From a phage, in assembly GCA_028030915.1 (NCBI GenBank), contig GCA_028030915.1_4867.1: a stretch of DNA of 64,000 nucleotides. One strand, given 5' to 3'. Positions 28,977 to 39,003 of this stretch are shown here, one piece after another. Below the pieces are notes generated by a model that saw only the letters and a list, made by a program, of their open reading frames with translations, searched no databases and was not told the DNA's origin. A program made the position numbers and the translations under genes. The first letter of the stretch is position 1, and the number at the start of each line of letters is the position of its first letter.

Positions 28977-29322
28977 CGGCGATAGTCTGGTCTTCTACAC
29001 CCGACATCGGTGTTCCCTGGTTAACCATTTGACCTGCGGCTTTACTTACCGGACCTAGTAAACGCCAGCTGTACAGACGGCTACGTAACGCGGCGTTTTG
29101 TAAGAAAGCGGAGCCGCAATCATAGTCGACATTAAACGCTGCAAACATTGGACCACAGTCTGCCATCGTGCCGTTTAACGGCAGCTCGCTCGTTACCACA
29201 ATCTTCACAGGCTTGTCTTTGAGACGCTGTGCTAACGCTTCCCAGTTAGCATTATTAGTGCCAGCGACGATGGTGTTGTTCAGAAGTAAGCCAACGCCTT
29301 TTTCAAACGCGATATTGTTCAT
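28900..29322 (-). CDS. hypothetical protein (140 aa)
   Basis: ORF track. Confidence 0.5.
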   Translation of the reverse strand: MNNIAFEKGVGLLLNNTIVAGTNNANWEALAQRLKDKPVKIVVTSELPLNGTMADCGPMFAAFNVDYDCGSAFLQNAALRSRLYSWRLLGPVSKAAGQMVNQGTPMSGVEDQTIAVVVSRATGQLNFAICYAYQEEEACV

Positions 29323-29370
29323 TATAGTTCTCCTTGAGGTCTTTTACATACGTACAGCCGCGGCCGTAAA

Positions 29371-29733
29371 TTATCGAAGAATAAGAATTTGACTACAGTC
29401 GTGCACATTGTACGTATTCATCCTGGGCTTGCTAGGCGGGTTGAATCCCATCAATAATTCGCTCAATACACGACCAGGCTGCCCACTGAAGATAACCAGG
29501 TGTGTGGTGTCTTCACTGTCCCCAAGCCTAGAGAAAGCCACGCGTGGCGACGCAGCTTGCGTGTAGAGCTGCAGCAGTTGAAACTTACCTTCTGCGAAGG
29601 GAGCAAGTTTCTCTTTCCATTCAACTTTAGACGCTTCGTCTAGTTCCAGCGTGCGTACACGTCTCCCGTCACTATCCGGAACACCACAAACAAACACGAT
29701 TCCGTGACGATTAAAGAAGAAGCCGATTTGCAT
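29371..29733 (-). CDS. hypothetical protein (120 aa)
   Basis: ORF track; SD aaggag upstream. Confidence 0.5.
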   Translation of the reverse strand: MQIGFFFNRHGIVFVCGVPDSDGRRVRTLELDEASKVEWKEKLAPFAEGKFQLLQLYTQAASPRVAFSRLGDSEDTTHLVIFSGQPGRVLSELLMGFNPPSKPRMNTYNVHDCSQILILR

Positions 29734-29750
29734 TTACATACTCCTTAAGA

Positions 29751-29786
29751 TAAAAAATAAAGATACCCTCTCCCGAAGGAGAGGGC
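29751..29786 (-). terminator. intrinsic terminator (UUCG loop)
   Basis: taaaaaataaagata ccctctcc cgaa ggagaggg; downstream of HNH-like endonuclease gene. Confidence 0.65.
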
Positions 29787-29807
29787 ACGACTTAGATGCG
29801 GGTTTCA

Positions 29808-30743
29808 TTACTTCGGCTGCCAATAACAGTTTTCTTTATTAAAGACTTTTTCTCCATCCTTAATTTTAAGGGCGAAATTTTTATTTTCTGGCTCGCCCAT
29901 ATCAGCTAGAAAGTTTTCGTACTTAGACCAGCGTTCACAGCATGTATAGCCAGCACCACCTCCACGACGATAAGATTCGTGTTTTGTATTGATGAGTTTG
30001 GTTCTCATTGATTGCCATGCGTTGTACGATACTCGAGATCGGTATCCTTTGCCATAGCCACGTAACTCACGTTCTTTGCGAAGCTCGCAACCACAAGAGG
30101 GCGTTATACGTTGCCGCACCTGCCTCGTTTCCGAGGTTATACGATTTCCACACTCACACAACCACTCGTATGAAACGATACCGATCTTGTTAACTTTTAC
30201 TGCTCTAACTGAGGTTAATTTACCAATCGACTGACCTACAGGTATGTCGCCGGGTGGTGTTTTGCTAAAAAGTACAAAGACTGCTATACCGTTTCGACTT
30301 TCAACAAACCTGACACCGCCTTCGGCTCTCGACAGTGGATAGCGCTGCTGCCATTTTTCGATCATCTCGTTTAAATCTTTGATATTACGATAATTTTTTA
30401 ACTCATCATCAGTAAAGGAGTTTACATTATCGTAATATAACGTAAGCCAGTGGCCATTACGCCGATTGTAAGACTGTAAAGATCTGCCCGCCCAACGGCA
30501 GTTTTCCGGTGTATAATCTAACTTACTGTCGATGCGGTCAAGCGTCGTACCTTGTGGTCGAACACCCATATCTTCAAGAAAATTAGAGTAGGACTTTAAC
30601 CAGCGATCGCAGATCTTAATACCCCTTCCGCCGTAGTAAGGGTAGTTGTGATTTTTCTTATTTAGACAACGATTTAGCATTTGCCTATAACTACTGTAAG
30701 TGCGCAAATCTCTAGCCATTGCTATTTCCCATGGTGCAAACAA
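29808..30743 (-). CDS. free-standing HNH-like homing endonuclease with two tandem copies of the domain
   Basis: 311 aa; YYGGRGIKICDRW..F..DMG.RP....LDRID....Y.PENCRWA is a phage HNH-endonuclease signature; a second copy AGYTCCERW..YENFLADMGEP...NCYW sits in the C-terminal half; flanked by hairpin terminators at 29751-29786 and 30745-30776. Confidence 0.6.
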   Translation of the reverse strand: MFAPWEIAMARDLRTYSSYRQMLNRCLNKKNHNYPYYGGRGIKICDRWLKSYSNFLEDMGVRPQGTTLDRIDSKLDYTPENCRWAGRSLQSYNRRNGHWLTLYYDNVNSFTDDELKNYRNIKDLNEMIEKWQQRYPLSRAEGGVRFVESRNGIAVFVLFSKTPPGDIPVGQSIGKLTSVRAVKVNKIGIVSYEWLCECGNRITSETRQVRQRITPSCGCELRKERELRGYGKGYRSRVSYNAWQSMRTKLINTKHESYRRGGGAGYTCCERWSKYENFLADMGEPENKNFALKIKDGEKVFNKENCYWQPK

Positions 30744-30744
30744 T

Positions 30745-30776
30745 TAAAAAAGACCCTTGTCGCATTAGCGACAAGG
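30745..30776 (-). terminator. intrinsic terminator
   Basis: aaaaaaga cccttgtcgc atta gcgacaaggg; between gene 30784-31443 and the endonuclease gene. Confidence 0.6.
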
Positions 30777-30783
30777 GTGAAGT

Positions 30784-31443
30784 TTATATTTTAGCCTCAG
30801 AATCCCAAAACGTCGAAATAACTAACTGGGACTCCGCATCCGACGGGTTGCCTGGAATAGCGTCTTCTACTGCAAACGGCAATACGTCCTTGATAGACGT
30901 CAGCTCAAATCGCTCAACTTCCAGTTCGACTTTCACCCACTCGCCGAATGTAGTGGAGTCGCGCAGTTCGTTGACAAGGTCTTCGAAACCTGCCTGCGAT
31001 TCGATAACTGGGTGACCTGCCAGTTTAAAGAACAGATCAATATCCCAATGCTTCGCACCTTGCTCTGCCAGTTCACCTGGTTCGAGTTTGATACGGCGCA
31101 CGAGATGTGCCAGATTGCCATCTTCGTAGAAGGTCAGACCCGAAGCAAACCCGATATCCGAGTTCTCTTCGATACGACCATCAGATGCTTGTCGTTTTAA
31201 CGTTAAGACTGCGGTTTTATCGGTGGACAAACGCACACGGCGTTTGCCGTTAACGACCGGCATAATCACATCCAGGAACGTTTCACCTGTCTGACCAAAC
31301 AGCCATTGCCAACCTTCTTCAGTGGGTTTAACCCACATGCAATACTCACGTTCCTTCTCCGTAGAGATGGACTCACGCGCAACAGTAATGACTTCTTTTT
31401 CCTGCTGCTCGTCGAGGTTTTTGAGAATATCAAATAGTCCCAT
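30784..31443 (-). CDS. hypothetical protein (219 aa)
   Basis: ORF track. Confidence 0.55.
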   Translation of the reverse strand: MGLFDILKNLDEQQEKEVITVARESISTEKEREYCMWVKPTEEGWQWLFGQTGETFLDVIMPVVNGKRRVRLSTDKTAVLTLKRQASDGRIEENSDIGFASGLTFYEDGNLAHLVRRIKLEPGELAEQGAKHWDIDLFFKLAGHPVIESQAGFEDLVNELRDSTTFGEWVKVELEVERFELTSIKDVLPFAVEDAIPGNPSDAESQLVISTFWDSEAKI

Positions 31444-32281
31444 CGTCGATTCCTAGTTTCTTCAAAAGTTCGGTTCGATCAAACGTACTGTCCTCAGGAT
31501 CGATATGTTCGGCTATCATCTCAATCAGATTCGGTAGCCAGTCCCAGTGTGCCGGGAATATCTTACGCCCTTGCATCATGTAATAATGCTTAAGCGGGAT
31601 ACGTGCCCGCAGAATCTCCGCAAACACATTACCTAACGAAGTCCCGTCGACCGACAGTATAAAGAGCTTATTTACCAGCGCATGGATAAAACGGCTTTCT
31701 GTAACCGGGGTAAATGAACCGGGCTTATAACTGGTTCCTCCGTAGATTTCCGCTTTCAGATTACGGCCTAACCGGATACAGTCGGTGCCATCTAGCGCAC
31801 GTAACTTCTCAATATCTGGCCAGGTGTTCACCGCTTGTCGCATGATATCAAATTCCATCACCAAAGTGCGGTTATCAATTTCACGCATTAAGTAATCCAG
31901 AATACGCAGGTAATGATAATAACCTTCGAGCGTCCGGAAAGGTCCGTGGGGGGTAACAAAATACTCACCAGGGCGAGCATAAAAGTTGCTCGCCATTCGA
32001 CCTATCTCAGTTCGCCCCTGCGAATAGATGTTGAAGTGATTCAGACCGTCTGTAGACGGCGTGATATCCACCAAGGTACTCTGGTAACCCATACGCAGTA
32101 AATAGCGTACAAAGGCTTCCTTTTCTTCTGGTGGGAGGATGGGACGTAAAACAGGATATGTGGTTTCTGCCGAGGCGGGCAACGTAAACCCAAAAGCAGC
32201 CGCCAAAGCATCCACCGATGCACCATCGACACGTAGACGTTCCAACGCACTACGCAAAAACTTACCTTCATCTTTCGACAT
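31430..32281 (-). CDS. hypothetical protein (283 aa)
   Basis: ORF track. Confidence 0.6.
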   Translation of the reverse strand: MSKDEGKFLRSALERLRVDGASVDALAAAFGFTLPASAETTYPVLRPILPPEEKEAFVRYLLRMGYQSTLVDITPSTDGLNHFNIYSQGRTEIGRMASNFYARPGEYFVTPHGPFRTLEGYYHYLRILDYLMREIDNRTLVMEFDIMRQAVNTWPDIEKLRALDGTDCIRLGRNLKAEIYGGTSYKPGSFTPVTESRFIHALVNKLFILSVDGTSLGNVFAEILRARIPLKHYYMMQGRKIFPAHWDWLPNLIEMIAEHIDPEDSTFDRTELLKKLGIDDGTI

Positions 32282-32290
32282 AGAGGTACC

Positions 32291-33565
32291 TTACAAGGCG
32301 AAATAGCTCTGCACCAGCGTACTGGCAGACTGATATTGGACACTACCACCGGCGATAACGTACGGACGTTTCTCGGTGGTCAGGAGTGCTTGAATCGCAT
32401 TACTGTTGGCGTACGTGTAAAGCTTAAGCTCAACCATTCCAGGATTCGTTTTAGAGATATCCCAGTTTGGATTAAGCGCATTAAACAACGTCAACAGTCG
32501 TTGGCCGTAGGTGCTGTAACCCACCCCCGGCTCAACGTTAAGGTTCATCAGAAGATTCTGAATAACAGTATCTGCAATCTCAGCACCTTGACCTGGCTGT
32601 AGTTTAGGCAAGTAATACTCAACGGAATTGAGATTGCCAGCAGCCGCAGCCTGTATCATCAGTTCGCCGTACAACGCTTGTTGTGCAATAGGATCGGTGA
32701 TAGCCTGAATCATCGGATCGATGCGATTCGGCAGACCGTATTGATTGAGCTTTGTGGACATACCGTATATCAACGCAGACGAGGTGTTGATATCCAGCGA
32801 GGAGAAATTCCCACTCCCGCCCGTAAAGCTATCAATGATCCCGTCGATAGACAAGAAGTCGTCCAGGTCCTTAAAGCTATCAAACGTGTGCGTAACATCG
32901 TCAATCAGTGCGGTGACTTGCCACTTGGCGCTATTGGCCATATCGACGTAGTTACCGATTTCACGCTGTACCTCACCAGGCAGTTTGGCAAGCTGTCCCG
33001 CGATGTTCATCGTGGACTCCAGGCGAGCTTTCACTGACGCATAATCTGTCCCGACCGCGCTTAAAGCGCTATCACGAAGATCAGTCAGTGTATCCCATCC
33101 CTTACTTAACAGACTACCTGCGCCGCCCGGTGAGAGATAGCTCAGTGCAGTTTTCCCTTCCTGGTTTACCTTCTGAAAGGGTTCGGACACATCGCGCTTC
33201 TGTGGATCGATAACTGGCAGCGCTTCTTTCGTGTTGGAAGCAAAAGTAGGCACACGTTGAGGCGGCGATACTCCGGAAGCCGCTGAACCTGCTGCCTTTT
33301 TACCACCTACCGTGACTTGGTCGCCACCCCCGAACACGTTACCAAATTTTTCACTTATCGTGTTGCCAATGTTGGAGATCTTGTCGAAAGTTTCCCCTGC
33401 TTTGGCGGTTACGTTATTGTACAAATTTTGAGCACTTTCAATACCGCGCTCGGCATTACCAATCGTTGACTGGACACGGTTTTGAACATCGTTAACTTTG
33501 TTCTCTATTGCGCCCGTTGTGCTGCTTATCTGGTTGGTAATCCCATCAAGGTTGTTCAGTTTCAT
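32291..33565 (-). CDS. hypothetical protein (424 aa), possible virion/fibre-like protein
   Basis: ORF track; N-terminal Asn/Gln/Ser-rich helical repeats and Gly-rich linker; function not resolved. Confidence 0.6.
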   Translation of the reverse strand: MKLNNLDGITNQISSTTGAIENKVNDVQNRVQSTIGNAERGIESAQNLYNNVTAKAGETFDKISNIGNTISEKFGNVFGGGDQVTVGGKKAAGSAASGVSPPQRVPTFASNTKEALPVIDPQKRDVSEPFQKVNQEGKTALSYLSPGGAGSLLSKGWDTLTDLRDSALSAVGTDYASVKARLESTMNIAGQLAKLPGEVQREIGNYVDMANSAKWQVTALIDDVTHTFDSFKDLDDFLSIDGIIDSFTGGSGNFSSLDINTSSALIYGMSTKLNQYGLPNRIDPMIQAITDPIAQQALYGELMIQAAAAGNLNSVEYYLPKLQPGQGAEIADTVIQNLLMNLNVEPGVGYSTYGQRLLTLFNALNPNWDISKTNPGMVELKLYTYANSNAIQALLTTEKRPYVIAGGSVQYQSASTLVQSYFAL

Positions 33566-34424
33566 TGGAACTCCAGAATCTATACGTCGCTAACGGAACG
33601 TCGTCGCTGACCTCATATTCTCTACCACTACGATGACGAACTTTGAATGTGATTTCGAACTCACGTACGTCCAGCGCTTGTAAGATTATTAGAAACCAAC
33701 GCCAGGTGATTGCCTCGGTGTGACGCATCGCCTGTTTCATGTTGTTTCGTCTGTCCCCACGTTTGGATGATGTGCCTGGGCACAACTTAGGGTTGTTGAC
33801 GTAGTTCGTCGTCCACCGTTCCAGTTTATCACCATCGATTTTATACCCACGAATAACTTTGTAGATTAAACGCAGGAGAATGTGCTTCATCACATGTTCG
33901 ATAGTGTGGTCGATGTTCGCGACATACTCGTTAACGTCGTAAGATGCAGGATGCTCGAAACGCTCTTTACGTTTCTTCCTGTTCTCATTACGTAAGTTCT
34001 TAATGAAGTCCTCACGCACAAACGTACTGTCGAATACAAAACACTTCGTGTCAAAGCTTCCCCGCTTAGTCAGCAGGGTGACTGTTAGCGTTTGCATCTC
34101 CAGGATAACTAATCCCTCGATGAAACGTTTCCACGTAAAATCGACTGTCAGGTTACGTACCGAACCACCCGTAAGTGAGGTGTTCAGCCGGTTAACGCGG
34201 TCGGTCATCGTGGTCAGTTTGCTGTCGCGAAACTGTTTCAGATACTCCGGGTCGTTGACATGTTGACGGATAAGGTTTTTCCATATCCCGTCGCTAATAC
34301 CCATCAACTTAACCAGATTCCAATAAGCTTTCCTTAACGGGTAGCTGGAATCTGACGCCGGTGGCGTACCGTGCCAAATTTGCTCGCGTGTGCTATTCAG
34401 CGGCGGCTTTTTCTCATCATCCAT
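33546..34424 (-). CDS. hypothetical protein (292 aa)
   Basis: ORF track. Confidence 0.6.
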   Translation of the reverse strand: MDDEKKPPLNSTREQIWHGTPPASDSSYPLRKAYWNLVKLMGISDGIWKNLIRQHVNDPEYLKQFRDSKLTTMTDRVNRLNTSLTGGSVRNLTVDFTWKRFIEGLVILEMQTLTVTLLTKRGSFDTKCFVFDSTFVREDFIKNLRNENRKKRKERFEHPASYDVNEYVANIDHTIEHVMKHILLRLIYKVIRGYKIDGDKLERWTTNYVNNPKLCPGTSSKRGDRRNNMKQAMRHTEAITWRWFLIILQALDVREFEITFKVRHRSGREYEVSDDVPLATYRFWSSNETEQP

Positions 34425-34457
34425 ACATCACCTTGTTACAAGGGAATAGATTAAAAG

Positions 34458-34988
34458 TTAGAGATAGTGTTCCACTATCACTTCTAACTCGCGGAAGATA
34501 TGTGCGGTTTGATTAAACAGCGTATCCTGTTCGGGTGTTTGTTTATCAAATGCACGCTGATACAGTTCTAACATAGCGAAGACTGTGCGCAGTTTATCGC
34601 GCGCGACTTCAGGATCGGATGCACCGAAATAATGATCAAGCCATCGTGGTTCTGAACTCTCTCCTTTTCTATCGATTGCCTCAGGCAACTCTAACCAACG
34701 TTGATTGGGAATGTTGCTACTGGATACACGGTTATACTCAGAAATGAAGAATTCCAATCGCTCCACCAACGTGTCAAAATCTCGAATACGTAATTCGAGT
34801 TGTCCACGCAATGAAAAAGGAAGGTATTCTTTCCCATTATATTCCAGAGGCTCTGTAATGAGTTCTAAGCCCACCATCACTCTGTGCAGGGTGTTATGGG
34901 TATTCTTATGAAACTCAGCCTCCAAAGAGCGTCTGCGAGCTTCTACAGCCTTACGACGCAGGAGTGTTGAAAGCCATTTAAAAAGCAT
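34458..34988 (-). CDS. hypothetical protein (176 aa)
   Basis: ORF track; conserved motif 35019-35040 lies upstream. Confidence 0.55.
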   Translation of the reverse strand: MLFKWLSTLLRRKAVEARRRSLEAEFHKNTHNTLHRVMVGLELITEPLEYNGKEYLPFSLRGQLELRIRDFDTLVERLEFFISEYNRVSSSNIPNQRWLELPEAIDRKGESSEPRWLDHYFGASDPEVARDKLRTVFAMLELYQRAFDKQTPEQDTLFNQTAHIFRELEVIVEHYL

Positions 34989-35018
34989 AGGTGTTATCCT
35001 ATTATGAGATGTTGTCTC

Positions 35019-35040
35019 GGATAGATAATATCTGTCTGAG
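35019..35040 (-). promoter_or_regulatory. conserved intergenic motif A, copy 2
   Basis: ggatagataatatctgtctgag; about 30 nt upstream of start 34988. Confidence 0.35.
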
Positions 35041-35064
35041 TTCTTTTTGAGATGAGGTTATCCC

Positions 35065-35535
35065 ATGAGCGAAGAAGTGAAATACCAAGCGTTCGACGGA
35101 GATGTGGACAACGAAGATTCGCTTCTCCGCCAAACACAACAGCTACGCGTTAAGCTCGTCACGGATATGGTGAATGACGGTGAAGTACACAAAGACTTAA
35201 AAGCCGTCGACCGAATCGAACGCCTAATCAACGGCATCGACAAACAGGTCATGACGAAGCGGAAAATTAAAGCTGCTGAGAAAGGCGCTGAGGCGACTCA
35301 AGATTTGGCCAACAGTTTAAACGGCTTCTTAATGACCCGTGCAGGCGTTGGTATCAAACGTCACGACGATGAAGAAGATTTAAATAACGGATACCAACCC
35401 ACCGTCCCACAGATTGCCGCAGTACGGCCTCCGAAAGAAGGTGAGTTGGCACCAGTAGGCGAAAAGATTGACGTTGACCAGATCATGGCGTCTGCGTTTG
35501 CGAGTCGTCGTCCTGCTGATGACGACGAAGACTAA
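35065..35535 (+). CDS. hypothetical acidic protein (156 aa)
   Basis: ORF track; SD gaggt before ATG; acidic C-terminus; 3' end overlaps the convergent gene 35483-36211. Confidence 0.5.
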   Translation: MSEEVKYQAFDGDVDNEDSLLRQTQQLRVKLVTDMVNDGEVHKDLKAVDRIERLINGIDKQVMTKRKIKAAEKGAEATQDLANSLNGFLMTRAGVGIKRHDDEEDLNNGYQPTVPQIAAVRPPKEGELAPVGEKIDVDQIMASAFASRRPADDDED

Positions 35536-36211
35536 ACAGCGCAGTGTCCTTTACGTCAGTACCGACGTATTGAGCAAGAAAACGGGTGGACTCCTTAAAG
35601 GGGTTCACCTTATCTCTTTTTATTTGCGCGATGGCTTCTTCCGTTAATTCGCTGGTCAGCATACTCGGTCGGGTAATGGTGAAATCCGGAATCGGTTTCT
35701 GGAAATGGCCCGCGTGTTGTTCTATCCACGGGTACCAGTCGTACATTATCCAACCGTCCCATGCAGAAGCAAGTCGTCCTGGTGTAAGATCGCTGTGAGG
35801 AATAACAACGACGTCTACTTGCACTTCGTTATAGTAGTAACGCAGTTCTTCCAAAAACACATGACGTTCTTCATCATCGAGATCAGCGTATGGCCACAGG
35901 TTAAACGTTAAGACTGGCCGCTCGATAGGAGCGTGCATCTGTATCGTCATTAACATTGCCTGTACTTCGTTCTTTAGCGTAAGCAACATTTCTGTTGGCT
36001 GCGCGTTCTGCAACGCGCGTTTATCACGCTCCGCGAACTTTTTATTCCAGTCCTGAATTCCTACCACTTCGGCCCACGCATCCGTGAACCGCATCCGATA
36101 CACTTCTAAATCAAGCTTCTCTAATACATCAGGCTGCAGCACTTTCGCCCAACCAATTCGTGTATCGAAGATTGTGTCGATATCGACTAAGAAACGGCGT
36201 CCTAATCTCAT
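35483..36211 (-). CDS. hypothetical protein (242 aa)
   Basis: ORF track; 4-nt overlap with upstream gene. Confidence 0.55.
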   Translation of the reverse strand: MRLGRRFLVDIDTIFDTRIGWAKVLQPDVLEKLDLEVYRMRFTDAWAEVVGIQDWNKKFAERDKRALQNAQPTEMLLTLKNEVQAMLMTIQMHAPIERPVLTFNLWPYADLDDEERHVFLEELRYYYNEVQVDVVVIPHSDLTPGRLASAWDGWIMYDWYPWIEQHAGHFQKPIPDFTITRPSMLTSELTEEAIAQIKRDKVNPFKESTRFLAQYVGTDVKDTALFSLRRHQQDDDSQTQTP

Positions 36212-36876
36212 TCCGGGCGTCCTAAGTTGTTACCGATGTGCATTGCTTTAAAGTACGAAGACCATGTACGCGGCGCTTTTGAACTGGTACGCTCAGCCCC
36301 TTCCAGGTTGATGCGACCTTTACCGGTTTGCCGTAGCGATTGATAGAACGCACGTTGTAACGTATCGTTACCACCACGCGCCCACAGGAACTCCTGGAGC
36401 GTTGAGTCGTGTCCATCCGAGTACATGATGTACGCTTCTGGAAACGAAACACCCGAAGCTTTGGAAGGCCCTACTACCTGACCTGAGAGTTTATCGCGGA
36501 CTTTATCGTTCTTCGCCACCGCCATTTTCTTCTCTTGCATCTGCGTCTGGCGACGTGCAGGTAGCCGGAAGACTAAATGGGGGTAACGGGTACGCTGTAG
36601 GATACCGGTTTTCGGTTCCGTGAGCCACAGGCGCTGACACAAGTTCAGTCCCATCGCTTCGCAAATTTTAATATTGCGCATATGGTCAATTTTGACCTTG
36701 CCGCCAGTTGGGTTGTAAACAGGCAACCCTTCGCGCAGACGATTGAACTCTTCGTCAGACATTCGTGAGAAAGCGCGCTTGGCAGCTTCCGCGTTAATCC
36801 CGGTCGGGTCAACTAAGTTCAGTAACTGTAAAGCATAAGCTTCTGCTTTTTTTCGCCGTGCCGGGTCTAATCTCAT
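36208..36876 (-). CDS. hypothetical protein (222 aa)
   Basis: ORF track. Confidence 0.55.
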   Translation of the reverse strand: MRLDPARRKKAEAYALQLLNLVDPTGINAEAAKRAFSRMSDEEFNRLREGLPVYNPTGGKVKIDHMRNIKICEAMGLNLCQRLWLTEPKTGILQRTRYPHLVFRLPARRQTQMQEKKMAVAKNDKVRDKLSGQVVGPSKASGVSFPEAYIMYSDGHDSTLQEFLWARGGNDTLQRAFYQSLRQTGKGRINLEGAERTSSKAPRTWSSYFKAMHIGNNLGRPE

Positions 36877-37148
36877 TTTTTCATCCTCTCACGGAGCACT
36901 GGAAGAACCACACGTTCCAGGTCTTCAATCCAGTACGGGATATCTTCATTGTGTTCAGGCACACCGACCGCATCAACCTTCGGTTTATCATTAATCAGGT
37001 TGCCGTAATGGGCATTTACCTGATGACTAAATTCAGACAGTGCATGTCGCGGTGCTGAGAACTCGTTATGGAACGCGGTGCTAAGTTCCTGGCTAATACC
37101 AGCGAGACCCAGACACAGACGCTCTACAATATCTTTCTGATAACGCAT
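36873..37148 (-). CDS. hypothetical protein (91 aa)
   Basis: ORF track; SD gagga upstream. Confidence 0.45.
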   Translation of the reverse strand: MRYQKDIVERLCLGLAGISQELSTAFHNEFSAPRHALSEFSHQVNAHYGNLINDKPKVDAVGVPEHNEDIPYWIEDLERVVLPVLRERMKK

Positions 37149-37160
37149 CGCTAATCCTCA

Positions 37161-37190
37161 GGGGAAAAAAACAGGCGGGTTGCCCCGCCC
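37161..37190 (-). terminator. intrinsic terminator
   Basis: ggggaaaaaaaca ggcggg ttgc cccgcc; GC stem plus U7 on minus strand right after stop of gene 37195-38688. Confidence 0.65.
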
Positions 37191-37194
37191 GTGC

Positions 37195-38688
37195 TTATTT
37201 CTTCTTAGTCAAGAACTTAGGTTCCAGACCATCCACGGCCATCGCCAGTAATGACATTGCTGTTAAGCAACGCTTACCACCTTTGACTTCCTGATCCTTG
37301 AACATCCAGTATTCCACTGTATTGTCCAGAATTTCATTCCAGTCCCACTTTTCGTCGATAACTTTATAAAGCTCCGCCGGTGAGAGATGGTACTTCATTT
37401 CCAGTCGGTGGTAGTTATTCTGCATGTACGCTAGTGCGGCGGTGATTTCCAACGCACGGCGCAAACGCGGGTTGCTGTCACACATGTCGCGAATCGTGGT
37501 ACGCATGAAAGATGTACCAGGTAGCAAATCGAGGGTATAGTTAGCACCACTACGTTTGTAGCCCCATTCATCTTTCAGTGTGTCGCTCAGGTAATGCCAC
37601 AGAGAGAGGTGATAAAGCAGACCCATCTCCTGCGAGAAGACCATTTTGAACTTAACGCCTGTGTGACCACCCTTCGCACGGTACTGCGTGAAAACAATTT
37701 CTTTCAGGTCGTTCACCGAAGCATTCATTGCTTTCGAACGCGCAGTCGGGTATTTCTCTTCGTTTACACCGGTCTTCGCGTTGTAAGTCTGATCCTGCTT
37801 CAACTCACCAGACTTGGTTGCAACCAGCAGGGAGTTAGTTAAGAACGACAACTGACGGCGCGGGATACCCGCAAACTTCAGATCATCGCCTGCATCGTCC
37901 AACAGTTTACCGTTCGCCTTCGGTCCACCACGGCCACCTGCCGCCATTGCTTTACCCGCATCGTCGGCCAACTGAGCAACGAAGCCCATATAGAAACCAC
38001 CACGCGCAAACGCAGACGGCCAACGGCTCATCATGTTCGATTTCTGCAGCGCATCGTGGGCGTTCAGGATGTTCTGTTCAGAATCACCGACCTCTGATTT
38101 GGCGTGTTTCTCTTCCAGGGAAGAGGTGTGCCATTCGGACAGGGAGTCAATCGAGTACAACCACGGGTCGAGAATCTTTTTCGCAGAGCGACGGATTGGG
38201 TCCGGGAACGGTGTTTCACGTGCCTTACCAGCCATATACTCTTTGAAACGTTTTTCGACTTCGTCACGGATATAAGCAGAGTAATACTCCTCACCTGCCA
38301 TGATATCCGAGCCAACCATGTTGTAACGACCTTCGTGGATCAGGTCCAGCACGCCGCCTGTTGGTGATACTTCTAATCCGTTTGCTTTCGCTGCGGAAAT
38401 GTACCCCGTTTCCAGACGACTTAATGCTGCCGTAACTTCGGTATCGTATTTCGATCCCCAGGCTGCATTATAACGTTGCAGAATCATGAAAATACAGAAG
38501 TCCAATAAGGTAGACTTAAAGGTATTCCCACGACCTGCGAAGCCCATGATGTGGGCAAAACCACCGTTGAGGTAGTACAAACCATCTTCCCCGCGCTCGT
38601 AGTTACCGAGAGCGTGGTCCATGATGGTATATACGTTAAAACGAGGGCGAATCACTTCACCCATGACTTGTTTAGCTGGACCTGCCAT
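37195..38688 (-). CDS. hypothetical protein (497 aa)
   Basis: ORF track; long ORF followed by a strong hairpin/U-tract terminator; GRGNTFKST is not a canonical P-loop. Confidence 0.7.
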   Translation of the reverse strand: MAGPAKQVMGEVIRPRFNVYTIMDHALGNYERGEDGLYYLNGGFAHIMGFAGRGNTFKSTLLDFCIFMILQRYNAAWGSKYDTEVTAALSRLETGYISAAKANGLEVSPTGGVLDLIHEGRYNMVGSDIMAGEEYYSAYIRDEVEKRFKEYMAGKARETPFPDPIRRSAKKILDPWLYSIDSLSEWHTSSLEEKHAKSEVGDSEQNILNAHDALQKSNMMSRWPSAFARGGFYMGFVAQLADDAGKAMAAGGRGGPKANGKLLDDAGDDLKFAGIPRRQLSFLTNSLLVATKSGELKQDQTYNAKTGVNEEKYPTARSKAMNASVNDLKEIVFTQYRAKGGHTGVKFKMVFSQEMGLLYHLSLWHYLSDTLKDEWGYKRSGANYTLDLLPGTSFMRTTIRDMCDSNPRLRRALEITAALAYMQNNYHRLEMKYHLSPAELYKVIDEKWDWNEILDNTVEYWMFKDQEVKGGKRCLTAMSLLAMAVDGLEPKFLTKKK

Positions 38689-38703
38689 TTAGCGCTCCGT
38701 CAA

Positions 38704-39003
38704 TTAGCGTTTTTTCAGTGGGAGTAACAGACGACGTTTATGCCAAACTTCGAAATGCACTTCTGCCCACTCGGTGACATGGTTGTCATCCTTAGGATTG
38801 ATGTTAGAAATGCTTTTGAAGCGGTTACGGTTACGTTCGTCGATTTCGATTTCCAGAACGCGTTGACCATCAGCACGTGTGGTCACGTTCAGGATTTTAC
38901 CAACCACGATCGGACTACCATCGGTATTCTTCTTCGTCGGGGTGGTGTAAATCTCAGGTTCGATACGAGAGGTTAAAGCGCGAGTCAGTAATTTGATTCT
39001 CAT
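38704..39003 (-). CDS. hypothetical protein (99 aa)
   Basis: ORF track. Confidence 0.45.
   Translation of the reverse strand: MRIKLLTRALTSRIEPEIYTTPTKKNTDGSPIVVGKILNVTTRADGQRVLEIEIDERNRNRFKSISNINPKDDNHVTEWAEVHFEVWHKRRLLLPLKKR

Noticed and set aside
29371-31443. HNH-like endonuclease gene as a second intron-encoded homing endonuclease
   Set aside because: Flanking ORFs show no sign of being halves of one conserved gene, and terminators flank the endonuclease gene; called free-standing.
37195-38688. Possible P-loop ATPase (GFAGRGNTFKST)
   Set aside because: Spacing does not fit GxxxxGK[ST]; no Walker B identified; left as hypothetical.
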